From Amoebophrya sp. A120 (Eukaryota > Protista > Dinoflagellata): a stretch of 64,000 bases of DNA. How positions within the stretch are numbered: position 1 is the stretch's first letter; the number at the start of each line of letters is the position of its first letter. Shown here in pieces: positions 12,501-23,900 of the stretch. Made by a program: the position numbers and the translations under genes. The stretch lies in assembly GCA_905178155.1 (NCBI GenBank), contig CAJINV010000014.1:186001-250000 (forward strand), in the 5' to 3' direction. The notes beneath the pieces are model-generated. The model saw only the letters and a program-made list of their open reading frames with translations, had not been told where the DNA came from and did not search any database.

Positions 12501-15500
12501 CCAGGTTCTGCAGGTCCGCGTAGTGTTATCAAGTGTAAAAATGTCTGGGTCTGGAGGATTGCAACTTGTCATGCTAAATCTGCAGCATGCAAAAATCTGT
12601 GCTGCATGATTACCAAAACTCGTCCAGTTTTGACCAAGTCGGGAGGTAGTTTCTCATGCAGGGTAGGCATTAGAAAGGTCTCGCAGAATCTGTCATGCTA
12701 GGTCCTGCATTCCAGACCTCACGGGTCCTGGAAAAGCAGCATGACAAATCGCGCACTCTTCCAGACCCAGACACTTTTACAGTTGATAAGTGTCGGTAGT
12801 GTGCGATTTTTCCTGTGTTCGCACTCTTCCGAGCCATGCAGATGCTGTCTGTCGCGTTTTTCATCGAGGCGCTCGTCGTTGTTTGCCCCGTTTCATTTTT
12901 GTCCTCCTGGTCGTGCACGACACTGCTGTTCATCGTCCTGCTGGCACTACTAGTAGATGAAGTAGCACTTCTACACTTGCCTGGTTTGCAGGGCTCTATC
13001 AGGTCTTCCGCGTCGCAGCAGCAACTCGCGAGTAAGGGGGACGGGACCCGCTGCACCCAGCCCTCGTCCTTATTGTAGAGCGTCTCGGTTAAATCCTTCG
13101 CAAACGCGTCAAACTCTTCTGACCCAACGTTCTGGAACACGTAGGGCGGCAGCGGCTTGTCCTGGTACAGGTCCCCGGCTTTGATCTTGGTCAGGTCGCG
13201 CATGTAGAACAGGGTAAACACCTATCCAGGAAAAAACACCCACCCCCATCCATTTTTTGCATGACAAACAAAGGAATTTATGCATGTTTTGCATGACAAA
13301 TTGGATGGGGACGGGTGTTTTTTCCTGGATAACACCTCGGAGTCCACCCGCAACGCGGTTTCCGTCTTCAGAACGTCATCCGCCGCCGCCCGGTGGGAGA
13401 CCTGCCTCTCCAGTCTCCGCTCGTCCCGTTTCACCTTCTTGAACGCCGCCAGCGTCGCCCGGCTCCACGGGAGGCCGCGGAACTGCAGCACCTTATCAAA
13501 TGCAAAAGTGTCTGGGTCTGGAAGATTCCAGGAGTTTGTCATGCATCTTCTGGATCACGCAACTGGTCTCTAATGCACCGAAAAGCATTACAGGTTTTGC
13601 GCAGGCCTCCTGATGTCTATCCCGCATGAGAAATTCCCTATTTGCGTAGCAAGAAATGGGAAGCTTTTGGTGCTTATGCAATACAAATTTTTGCCTATTC
13701 CAGAAATCGCATGACAAGTTCCAATTCTTCCAGACCCAGACATTTTTGCATTTGATACACCTGGACCGCAAACAACATGCCGAGGGCGATCACCTCGGCC
13801 GGAACTTTGCTCTTCTCTTTACCCGTTTCCGCGTCCGCAAATTCGTGCTGCTGGTTCTCGTCCGGGTTGGAATTGCTGCCCTCCGCTTGTTATGCATTGC
13901 AAATATGTCTGGGTCCTCTGGAGCAAGAATTCACACTTGCGATGCGCATTTTGCAATCCATGAAAATCTCTCATGCACAGGCAGCAAAAGCTGCCCACTT
14001 TCTGTCACCAGAGTGGGGCATTTGTGATGCGGATTCGGCATTGCGGAAGCTTCTCGGAACTTGTGATGCTAGAGCTTCCATGACAGGCCTTCTGTGTCAT
14101 GCAAAAGCAGCATGACTCTTCCAGACCCGCCAGACATATTTGCTGCAATCCATACTTGTTGTTCCGCAACGTCGTCCTTTTTCTCCTCCAAAACTGCGCG
14201 GCCCTTAGCGAGCATCTCCAGTGCCAGGTCCGCGGACTGCCGGTTTCCGATCGGGTGCCTATGGATGTGTCAGAGTTGAAATCGACAAAGTTGAAATGAT
14301 TTGTCATGCTAAACCGACCGAAACCACTACACAACCTGAAATGATTTGTCATGCATAAAATGCGACACAAAGACTGACTCTATTGCTGAAGGCGCAAGGG
14401 AGGCAAATTCTAGTGCTGCTAAGGGTCAAGCTCAAGCATTGGGCTGCTGACTAGCATGACAGGGAGCAGCCATCTTGCCCTGAACAGCATGACAGACTTG
14501 CTTCAGAGGCCAGGAAAATTTGTCATGCGCCGATTGGAAACTGTGGGTCCAACTGCTATAGATTTTATGCATCACAAATTATTTCAACTTTGTTAATTTC
14601 AACCCTGACAGTTCCATAGTGCCGGTGGGAAAAGTACCGCTGCCACGCGTTCTCCCCCACGGGGTCCTGAAAGTGCTTTTTCAGCCGATCGTAAAAAACC
14701 AGCCACGGGTTGCGCGGCTCGAAAATGGTCACATTCTGCTGGATATGCATTGCAAATATGTCTGGGTCTGGAAACATTGAACTTGTAATGCTAGTCCTAC
14801 ATTCCTGTAAAATCTGTATTGCATGACTAACGAAACGACGCCTCCTTTTGTGATATTTCTCATGCGGACTGCGCTTAAGAAAGTGTCCGGAAAACTTGTC
14901 ATGCTTGGCTGCATTGGGAAGTATTTCAGTCATGTACATTTCAGCATCACAAGTTTCCAGACCCAAACATATTTGCAGTTGGTACTGCAGATCGTAGTCC
15001 CATTCCTTCCGGAAAGCCTTGTACAGCATGTCCGTGATGAGTTTCAGCATCGGCGGAAATTTATAAATCGCAAAAGTATCGCACTCGTATAAATGCATTA
15101 CAAATTTCCTCAGCATGAGAAATAAGATTTGTAATGCTAATTTGCCTTAAGGACAGGATTTGTAATGCATGACTATAATACGAGTGCGATACTTCTGCAC
15201 AGGATAAAACTTCACGTCGTCTCGCGCCTCCATGCGGTGTAGATCTGCGCGGACGGCGGTTTGCAACCGCTTCACGTGCTATCCCGGGGAAAAACGTCTC
15301 CACCGACCCATAACCATACGTCAAGTTGGAACTACGTGTGGTGCACCACAAATCCGGAAGTTTTGGGAGCGCCACGCCTGTCAAGTTCTTGCAGTCTGTA
15401 GTGTAGTGCCGGTCGTTAGCAAGGACAGCTGCATTACAAATCCATTCGTCTATGCTGGTGTTTCCAGCGTCACAAATTCCAAATTGAAAATGCCTATCAT

Positions 15501-18500
15501 GGGGATGCGCATCACAAATGTTCCTGTCATTCTAAATCTGCATGACAACTCTGGGAGTGGGGACGTCGGCTTTGCTCAGGATACGCGCAGTGGGAGGTCT
15601 TCGTTCTGGATCTCACCATACTGGTCTTCTCGCAGTTCCAGGTCTTGTATGGAAGTGCACAAGTTCCCCTCATTTGTGTTCGCGTAGCATGAACAGCAAT
15701 ACAAACACCAGCACTCATGGAGTCTGAGCATCGCAAGTTCATGCGCCGACTGTAGTAGTGTTTTGGGCGTCCTGAGTTTGTCATGCAAATAGTGCTACAA
15801 GGCAGCAATTGGATTTGGGATTTTGCATGACCAATGAAGACGAAGAGGGGACGACAAGCGGAGTTATGCGTTCTCATACCTCGCTCCTTGTCCAGCGCGG
15901 GAAGGTCGCTTGCCTCGAACATATATCCACAATAAAATAACATTGTCCGCACACCTAGACCTACAGGTACAGACGCGCCGCGGTTTCTGATTCTGCATGA
16001 CAAAACTTGCATTCGATCCTACTAGTCAGAAAGGCAAGCGTTAATACACTCTAAAGTGGCGAAGTAGTTTGTCGTGATGCATTTTTTAGTATCTGTGCGG
16101 GAGATGATCAAGATTATTTGTGTTCTTGCGTAGCATGTTGATCTGGTCCACGAGACTGCGTTCCTCGTGCTGTATTTTTTCCAAGGTGGTCACGTCCTCC
16201 AAAACTTTGAGCAGCTGCACCCCGGTGGTCTCCCTGCGCCACGGCAAGTTCGCGAACATCTCGCACTGCGCCAAAAATTCAAGCACCAGCGCAATCAGGA
16301 CCGGCAGCGGAATTTCCTGGAAACGCTTCCGGAAGAGCATGGACGGCGTCATAATCAGGGGATCGTCAATGCCGTCGGTCTGGGCAGAAATGGGATCCGC
16401 GTTCGCGTCGCTATACGTGCGCCGAAAGTCTGTCCGCGGACTCAACACGTCGAGCTCTACGTACTTGGCCTTGTTTATCCCACAGAAAAAAGCTGGCAGG
16501 TCACATTTGTAATGCAAAAACAAATACACAAAAAAATCTGTATTGCGTATCCTAAACAGCACGCTATGAGGCCGCCCATGACAGATTTTTCTGTGTATTT
16601 ATTTTCGCATTACAGATATGACCTGCCAGCTTTTTTCTGTGTGATATTGTTGTCTTCCAGAAATTTTTGGAACCGCTCAGCTATGCATTGCAAAAGGATC
16701 GTATTTCAAGTTTTACGTTGAAAAAGAAAAATTCTCAAGCTGTAATGGTAGTTTACGTTTAAGTTAGGAGACAGATCTGTCACGCCAGACTGTGATGAAG
16801 ATTCGTACAAGTGCGATGCTTTTGTTGCAGCGCATATCACTCCAGTCCTCCTCCTGGTCGGGATCGTCTTCCGGGTCCCCCTCCTTTCGGCGCCGGAACA
16901 GGTCACTCTTGAGCATATCCAGGAAAAAACACCCATCCCCATCCATTTTTTGCATGACAAACACAGGACTTTATGCATGTTCTGCATCGCAAATTGGATG
17001 GGGATGGGTGTTTTTTCCTGGATAGAGCACCTCTTCCACCAGCGTGGCCAGTTCCAGGGCTAGCTGAACGGTGTTGTCGTCTATGGCTAGGTGCTTGTTG
17101 CGATCCAACAGGGGCAGCAGATAATCCGCGAGGAGAAATTGCGCAAAAAACAGCTCGCTATCCGGCACGACGGCGTTGCGGTCCGCTAAAGCATCTTGCT
17201 CCTTCTTCACAGCCTCTTGCAGCAGCTTATGGCGTAGTTCTCAAACGTTACTACTACGGTTTCAGCCCTTACACAAATTTGTGACGCTGCAGCAACCTCA
17301 TTTATATAGTGAAAGTGCCAGTGAGGCGACTTTGCGCGTTTTGTATTGCAAAATTGGCATTGTAGGTTCGAATGCTATGTATTTAGCGCGTCGAGAACTT
17401 GTGCTGCGAAAAAGCACTTGAATAGATCCGTGAAACAAGCGTGACAGTAATTGTTCTGCAAAACTACTCATGTATACAGAAACAGCTGGGGATGTAATTA
17501 CTTGAGAATTCCATACAGCTTCTCCTTGTGCATGTCCAGCACCTGGGTCGCGAGCCGATGGTCGTCGTGGTCCATCACCAGTCCTTGCAGTTCGCCATTT
17601 CTATCCTTCAAGCAGATGAAGTGCCGATCCAGGTCCTCTATCGAAGAAAAAAACTGTTTCAGTGTAACTTTCTTCATCTTGTTCGGCTGACAGCATCACA
17701 AATTCGCTCTGCATGATGAGTGGGTCCTGCGTGGCTTGTAAGCAGGGAAAACACGACACATGAGCAGAGGACTTTATGGTTGTCTGGCATGACAGGCGTA
17801 TGCGTAACTCGCCACGTCTGTTGGAACATGTTGTGCATTGATTACAGGGTTACACTTACACAGTTTTTTTCTTGCACATCCTCCGGAATGTGGTTAATCC
17901 AGTCGCTTCGGTGTTTGGCATCGGTTTCCGAGGGGGGCAGCTCCAGGACGTTGGCTAGCTCGGTCTTTTTCAGCAGGCTCACGCCCTCCGCGTAGCACTT
18001 TTCGTCCACCGGCCGGCACCGGAGCCCCGGCTCTCCGCGTACCGTGTTCACACGACAACAGCTCTTGTAAGGAAACATCCCCCCTCCCCATATTATTGCC
18101 AAACAAGCACGTTTTCGAAGATTTGTGTTGCTGATTTGTGACCACAATAAATCGTGCCTGTCTTGGAAGAAGGCAACTCCACAGGTGGCTCCGACGCATT
18201 GGCATTATGCAGGCGGTTTGTCAACATGCTGTTGGGTCTACAGCGCGGACGTTTTTCATGCTAAGCGCCTAGGCCCGAGCCTCTCTACTCAAGCTTGATA
18301 TGGGTCTGCAGTCCTCTACAGCAAGACAAATATCTGATTTGTGTACGCAAATCCGAATCGAAATCCAGCATCAGAAACTTCGTTTTGATATGGGGAAAGG
18401 GGATTTTTCCTTTTGATAACAGCACGAATCGGGTTTGTTCAGGCGGACGACGATGTCCTTCCCGTCCGGCGTGTCCTGGTACTTCGCATAAATGGCGGCG

Positions 18501-19043
18501 CAGATGTCGTTTTGCAAGAGCAGCTGGGGATCAATAGCCTTCGCGGCCTCCTGGGAAATATTATCCGGTAGTTTGCAGCTCGTGTCGTTGCTGTTTTGCG
18601 GTAGCAGGCAGTGCCTTCTGCCATTGCCCTCGATGCAGCAACAACCGGTGGCTTCCCACAAGTAATCGTGCTGCTTGTTCGCGATCACCCGCAATATCCA
18701 CTGCAAATATACATTTTTTCTTACCGGCCATCACGTACCAAAACTTTTGTTGGCATTCTTGCATGACAATAAACTTGGTACAACTGAAAGTGAAACAGAA
18801 ACGTGATTCAGAACAGCAACTTGTGGTCTGCTTCTGCGCACGTCCTCTCAGGTTGTAGTGCATAGTTGTGTGTCCGGTATTGTACTAGTAGGGAGGTACT
18901 AAAAAGCTCGTAAATTTGCATTGCATAGCCCCGCCTTCCTCATCGCTCCGCCTTCTGATTTTCTGCTGATGCTTATCTTCAAGCTGAAGAACAGTGTGAG
19001 CCTCAGTGGTTGTAGTTTTCGGGGATTGTATACGTGGCCTCAT
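9594..19043 (-). CDS. Large hypothetical protein with Cys-rich segments, interrupted by 24 introners
   Basis: Hand splicing gives a continuous frame from MRPRIQSP... through GCCCIEG, DSCCCRV, ASCCCDA, YVQYCCPTH to ...TTDDAIV*. One junction near 15924-16101 is only approximately resolved. No family recognised. Confidence 0.75.
9704..10023. mobile_element. Introner family D
   Basis: D-type TIR; TSD AGAAG. Confidence 0.92.
10220..10503. mobile_element. Introner, I-like (diverged)
   Basis: TATG...CACAAC inverted ends; TSD CCGTC. Confidence 0.82.
10547..10695. mobile_element. Introner family B
   Basis: B-type TIR; TSD GTATC. Confidence 0.92.
10732..10993. mobile_element. Introner family A
   Basis: A-type TIR; TSD AGCCC. 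Confidence 0.93.
11044..11493. mobile_element. Introner family J-like, enlarged (450 bp)
   Basis: TATC.A.GAAAAAAA inverted ends; TSD ACCCG. Confidence 0.85.
11590..11898. mobile_element. Introner family F
   Basis: TIR TATGG.AGTGTCAGGATTGAAATCG.CAAAGTTGAAAT; TSD TAGAT. Confidence 0.93.
11942..12203. mobile_element. Introner family A
   Basis: A-type TIR; TSD ACAGA. Confidence 0.93.
12527..12788. mobile_element. Introner family A
   Basis: A-type TIR; TSD AGTGT. Confidence 0.93.
13223..13331. mobile_element. Introner family E
   Basis: E-type TIR; TSD ACACC. Confidence 0.93.
13494..13757. mobile_element. Introner family A
   Basis: A-type TIR; TSD CACCT. Confidence 0.93.
13891..14154. mobile_element. 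Introner family H
   Basis: TIR TATG.ATTGCA..AATATGTCTGG; TSD CTTGT. Confidence 0.9.
14260..14618. mobile_element. Introner family F
   Basis: F-type TIR; TSD GTGCC. Confidence 0.92.
14744..14984. mobile_element. Introner family H
   Basis: TIR TGCAAATATGT.TGGGTCTGGAAAC; ends TAT/GTA; TSD CTGGA/CTGCA. Confidence 0.88.
15062..15206. mobile_element. Introner family B
   Basis: B-type TIR; TSD AAATT/AAACT. Confidence 0.9.
15280..15583. mobile_element. Introner family G
   Basis: TIR TATCC.G.G.AAA..ACGTC.CCAC; TSD CGTGC/CGCGC. Confidence 0.85.
15648..15878. mobile_element. Introner family I
   Basis: I-type ends; TSD TCTTG/CCTCG; reading frame restored on removal. Confidence 0.82.
15924..16101. 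mobile_element. Degenerate introner
   Basis: Left end TATCCACAATAAAA; internal GCATGACAA; right boundary approximate. Confidence 0.5.
16476..16646. mobile_element. Introner family K (almost entirely a foldback)
   Basis: Long TIR of about 70 bp, TATC.CACAGAAAAAAGCTGGCAGGTCA.AT.TGTAATGC...; TSD TTGTT. Confidence 0.93.
16682..16836. mobile_element. Introner family B (diverged)
   Basis: B-like ends; TSD TCAGC/TCACT; reading frame restored on removal. Confidence 0.8.
16916..17024. mobile_element. Introner family E
   Basis: Near-perfect TIR of about 30 bp; TSD GAGCA. Confidence 0.93.
17228..17515. mobile_element. Introner family C (diverged)
   Basis: TATGG..TTCTCAA ends; TSD CAGCT. Confidence 0.85.
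17639..17878. mobile_element. Introner family J
   Basis: AAGAAAAAAACTGT inverted ends, TAT...ACA; TSD TCCTC. Confidence 0.87.
18063..18418. mobile_element. Introner family D
   Basis: D-type TIR (left end TCT); TSD ACAGC. Confidence 0.87.
18695..18927. mobile_element. Diverged introner (H/B-like ends)
   Basis: TATCCACTGCAAAT / ATTTGCATTGCATA; TSD no longer matches, but removal of element plus 5 nt restores the frame. Confidence 0.65.
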
Positions 19044-20987
19044 GCGTAGGCGTAGTGCTAGTGCGTCCACGCATGGTATGCAATACCAAATATAGCCGCC
19101 GGGGCGGGGCGGGTAGTGAGGTCGTGGACGTTTTTTTGCCGGCCGCAGCCTTGGCCGCGGCTTTGCTTTTTATGGGCTCGCCATACCACCGCGAGTAACG
19201 TTATGCCGCACGGTATGGCGGCCACTTGGGAAACGTCGCAAATTTTGGCACATTTCCAAAATTCCTTTCCGAAAGCCAGCCCCGATGCTATGGGGCCGAT
19301 CCGGGTGCCACGGGGGGCGCCCAAAAAGCGAAGAAAAACCGGGCCCATAGCATGCGGATTGGCTTTGCGCGTGTGGGCCGCTTTTTCTTTTTCGCGTTTT
19401 TATTTTTCACGCCGGCGCTTTTTGCAAAGCTTCCCAGGCACTGCAACCGGCGAAAAGGCGGCCGCTTTCGCGGCCGCCCAAAATGCTCCGAAATCGCGGC
19501 CGTGCTATGCTGTTTCGCTGTTCTGATTTTGGGCGCGTTTTTTGCGCGCCCCTTTTTGGGAGCCCCAAATCGCCAGAAACTAAGGCGGTGGGCGCCTCAG
19601 AAGGGCGCCCCTTTTGCCGGCTCCCCTGCGTCGTTTTATCAAGTGCGAATCGATAGTTTTCGACCGGGCTTGTTTGATATCAAAGCCCCGGCCGCTTCAT
19701 AATTGAAAATTTTTTCTGTCAAAAAACACTTCCGCCCGCTTGAAAACTGACGGCCGTTTTTCAGGGTATATTATGGCAAAAAAACTCCCCGGTTAGAACC
19801 GTTCGGTGACCTCACTACATACAAACCTGTTTGCGTTTCCCTGCAACATTGACATTTAGCATGCACCTCAAGTCCGCAAAAAATACACAACCCCTTGAAG
19901 CTACACACTTTTCTGGTTGATAGTGCTGGTGTCGTCGGGCCGTGGCTGCAGCTGCGCCCGTATGGAACCAGGTATTTTCGTGGATCAGTACAACGCCTGG
20001 CAGGAAAGTGGAGATAGGCAAAACCAGCTGCCAAAGGAGAAACACAAACACAACGACCGAAGCTGAAGCACATTTACTTGTTGCTTCTACTTGGAAGCCG
20101 AAGCGATGTTGCCGGCCGACAGGAGCACATGGTCTTGACATTTTTGATGTCAACAACGCCTGACGCTGAGGCGGAGTCATCTTGCTCGTGGCCGTTTTGT
20201 CCCAACTTCTTGTGCGCCAGTTCATCTTTTTACCGCAAGCATTATGAGCAGGCGATCTTGAGCTAGGTAGTGTGCCTAGTAACGAGATGCTCCTGTAAAA
20301 CTCTTGTACTAAAAAGAACTCTGCGATGACACGACCATGGAGGAAAGATGAGATCACTCCAATACTTTACATATCACAAACCACGTTTTCTCCTAAATTC
20401 CGAAAAGAGCATCTTCACACGTTCTTGATCTTCTACGTTGATCTTCACTGTGACTTCTTCTGTCGTGCAAAAGACCTGGATGTGCATGATATTTCCCGCA
20501 TCTGCTGCCGCGGGGTATGTCGAGGCGGGACCACGGGGGCTACCCTTTGTTCCTTTCTGCGAAAAATTGCACTTTACGCAGCTGCGTCGTCAAGAACTGC
20601 ACCCGTGACTGTAAAAGAGTACTATGCCCAGGCTCAAGGTGTTGGTGTTGAAACTCCTGGCTGCATAGAAGAAATAAACACGCAGCATCGGCTTTGGCTC
20701 TGGATGCGCCCCCGCGGAAATCTATCAGATACGACTTGGTCAAAAGGCGGCACAGCAAGGAACAAAAAAGGAAACGATTTCATCTGTGGAGAAATATTTC
20801 GTGTGCGGGGGGTTGTTCTATGGCATTCATTTACTTTTTTTTTTTCATCTCGACTATTTACAAATTTTCTAGTCCTGCTTGTCCTTGTTCTGTCTTTCCA
20901 CTGGCATGATCCGAGTATGGTCGTGCTGCTGCCGAATGTTGTATATGAAACCCCAAAATATCAAAATCACCGCTCTCGTGGTCCCCA

Positions 20988-23900
20988 TCACATCTTCACA
21001 TCGATGCCCACCGCTTCTAGCACATTTTTAAAGCCGTCCCTTTCCAACAGGTCAGCCAACTCGCGCTTGATTTTTCCGACGAGCCCGGGCCCGTGGTAAA
21101 CCAAAGCTGTGTACAGCTGCACCACAGTGGCGCCGTTGCGGATGCGTTCGTACGCGTCTTGCCCGCTCGCGATTTATCCTGTGCAAAAGTATCGCACTCG
21201 TAGTAATCGCAGTCATGCATTACAAATGTCTATCCCAAGGCAAAACAGCATGACAAATTCCATTTGTCATGCTGAGCTAATTTGTATTGCAATTGCTACT
21301 TGTACGATACTTTTGCAGTTCATACGATTCCGCCCACACCGATGATCGGCAGCTGGCCCTTGGTAAACTTGTAGCAATTCCTGCAGCACTCGTTCGCTTT
21401 TTCCTTGATGGGCATTCCCGACAGGCCGCCCTTTTCGTGGAGTAGGTCTTTACTTGACTTCAGGTCGGTATGGAAGCGTCAGGTTTGAAATCGTCAAAGT
21501 TAATGCATAAAATGCAAGGCATAAAGTGCCTCTCTTGCAGGGATGGCAAGTGAAGCCGACTGCCAGCCTGTTTGGGGTCTGCGACAGAGATGCTAAAGCA
21601 GCATGACAAAAGACGCCTTCTGTCCCTAAACAGCATGACAAACTGGATTTACACGGTGCCGAAATTTGTCATGCACCGCTTAGAAATTGGGCTTCCAACT
21701 GGTATCGATTTTGTGCATTACAAGTTATTTCAACTTTGTCGATTTCAAACCTGACACATCCATAGTCGGGAAACGCGTCTTTTATCAAACCAAAAAGTTG
21801 TGTCGTGTTTCGTGGTGATTTTCATTTTTACGAATTGAATTCTATCTTGTTCGTGTGGAGGTGCTGTATTTGTTCTAGTCGGACAACAGAAAAAGAAAAA
21901 CGCACCGTTAACCTTGCATTCTACTACTTCTAGTGCGCAATACAAGGAAAGCTGCAGCCTGCTTAATCTGCTCTCATAGTGTTGCATGGTCAGCACGTGC
22001 AATAAGTAGTATCACAATTTTTGAGTAGTTGTATACAAATCGATTAAGTAACACATCTTTGCGCTTTGATACCTTCCCGTTTGCTGCTAGTGTTAGATAC
22101 GACCAGGCCATCCACTTTCGTTTCCATATGCACAAGAAATAACAACTTCTTACCCTGCACAATTTTTCGAAGTTGTGGTACGCATGACAACCCACTTGCA
22201 GACAAAAACCCACTGCTCTCTAACTCTATCTTCATATACCGCATGAGAAATGTGCATGTGCTTTTATTTATCTTCTCTTTATCTCAATTTCATCACGTAA
22301 ATTTGACGTGCTGGTGGTGCATTTCCTCTCTTTTCTTCTTGCGCGTGTTGTAGGGTAAGAATAAGAAATATAAATTTTTGTCACATTATCCAGGAAAAAA
22401 CACCCATCCACACCCAATTTGTCATGCAAAACATACATAAAATCCTGTGTTTGTCATGCAAAAAATGGATGTGGATGGGTTTTTTTTCTGTGGATACACA
22501 TGATATTTCATAGCGAGGTCGCACATCTGCCGCAGCTTCTCCTCTTCATAATCAGGTCCGATCTTAAGGAAGACCAAGGGCAGCTTTATCTTCGCAGTAG
22601 TAGAACTCTTTAGCTGCTTATGCTATGCAAATCTCCCGTACAACATCAACACGTTCACGTCCAAAGTACATCTACAAATTTTGAAGCTATTTTAGACTAC
22701 AACACTTGTCATGCTGACTCATTAGGACGGACTGCAAGTGTTCATCTTGTCATCATGCAGATGCCGCAATTGTACACGTACGAGAAATTTACTTTCCATA
22801 CTGGTTCCTCTCCTTCACGACAGTTTCGACCAATTCTTCGACGTCCTTTATAACCCGCTCAGGTGGCACAATCTCAAGCGTTAGGAATGGAATATGGAAA
22901 TCTGTGACGCAGGAGTGCATGATCTCGCCAAGTCTCATAGGATTGCGCTTGACAACTTCCGGAGCCCCGAACCCCACGACGAGCTGGCGAACTTTGTATT
23001 GCAAAAGGTGGAAAGCTGTGCGAGTCTGTCATACTCATCATGCAACACAAATTCCAGATTCTATATTTGAGATTGTAACGTTTGAGCAAGTCATATCCTT
23101 CGTCTGGAGCTTCTTGGTCCAGTCCACGTTCGGACACTATCAACTGTAAAAATGTCTGGGTCTGGAATCATGCTGATTTTGGATTCTAAAAAAATCTGTA
23201 TTGCATGTATGAACAGCAAAGAGATTCCAAGTTTTGCTACACAGAAAGAGCATTTGTCATGCGGTATAAGCATCAGGAAGCCCTCACAAAATCTGTGATG
23301 CTAGGGCATGCATCACAGACATCAGGAGTCATGCAAAATGTGCATGACAAGCCTGGCAATCTTCCAGACCCAGACATTTTTACACATGATAGACACGAGA
23401 CATTGACCACCAGAAAATCCACGACGGGCCCGAACGTCTGCACGCCGAGCGAGTAGTCATTCAGGGTTTGATATCCAACAAAAAAAAACCAGTGTCTAGT
23501 GTAGCGTTTTTGGAGGATGAGCTGGAGCTGCACTAATTTCAATTTGTGTTTTCGCATGACAGAAAAAAACCGGTCATGCGCCACCAGGACAACACGCAAT
23601 CCCTCATGATGGAAAGACCACGCTCTACTGGACTTTCCATGAGGGACATCCGACATGAAAAGTGCAAGTGCAACAAGTCGTGTCGCGCATTCATTCCGTC
23701 TTCACTCTTCAGAGAATTGTTATTGTACACTATACACAGTTTCTTCTTTTTGCATATTTGCTCTGGCGTGGTCGAGGTCGTGTTTTTCGCGAGGTTCAAT
23801 CCCAACGGCCTGTTGTATGATTGCCGGCTTGCCGCGCTTTGAATGTTTTCCAAAACCCGCTCTCGTCCCTTGCTGTTGAGACCGTAGCGGTTTATGATCG

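Noticed and set aside
20326-21099. 257-aa plus-strand ORF
   Set aside because: Overlaps the DHODH last exon antisense, has no recognisable domain and runs against the uniform gene orientation.
1-23756. CRISPR-like alternation of recurring repeats and unique spacers
   Set aside because: The repeats are inverted termini of 110-360 bp elements of many families, the unique stretches are in-frame exons, and no cas genes are present.
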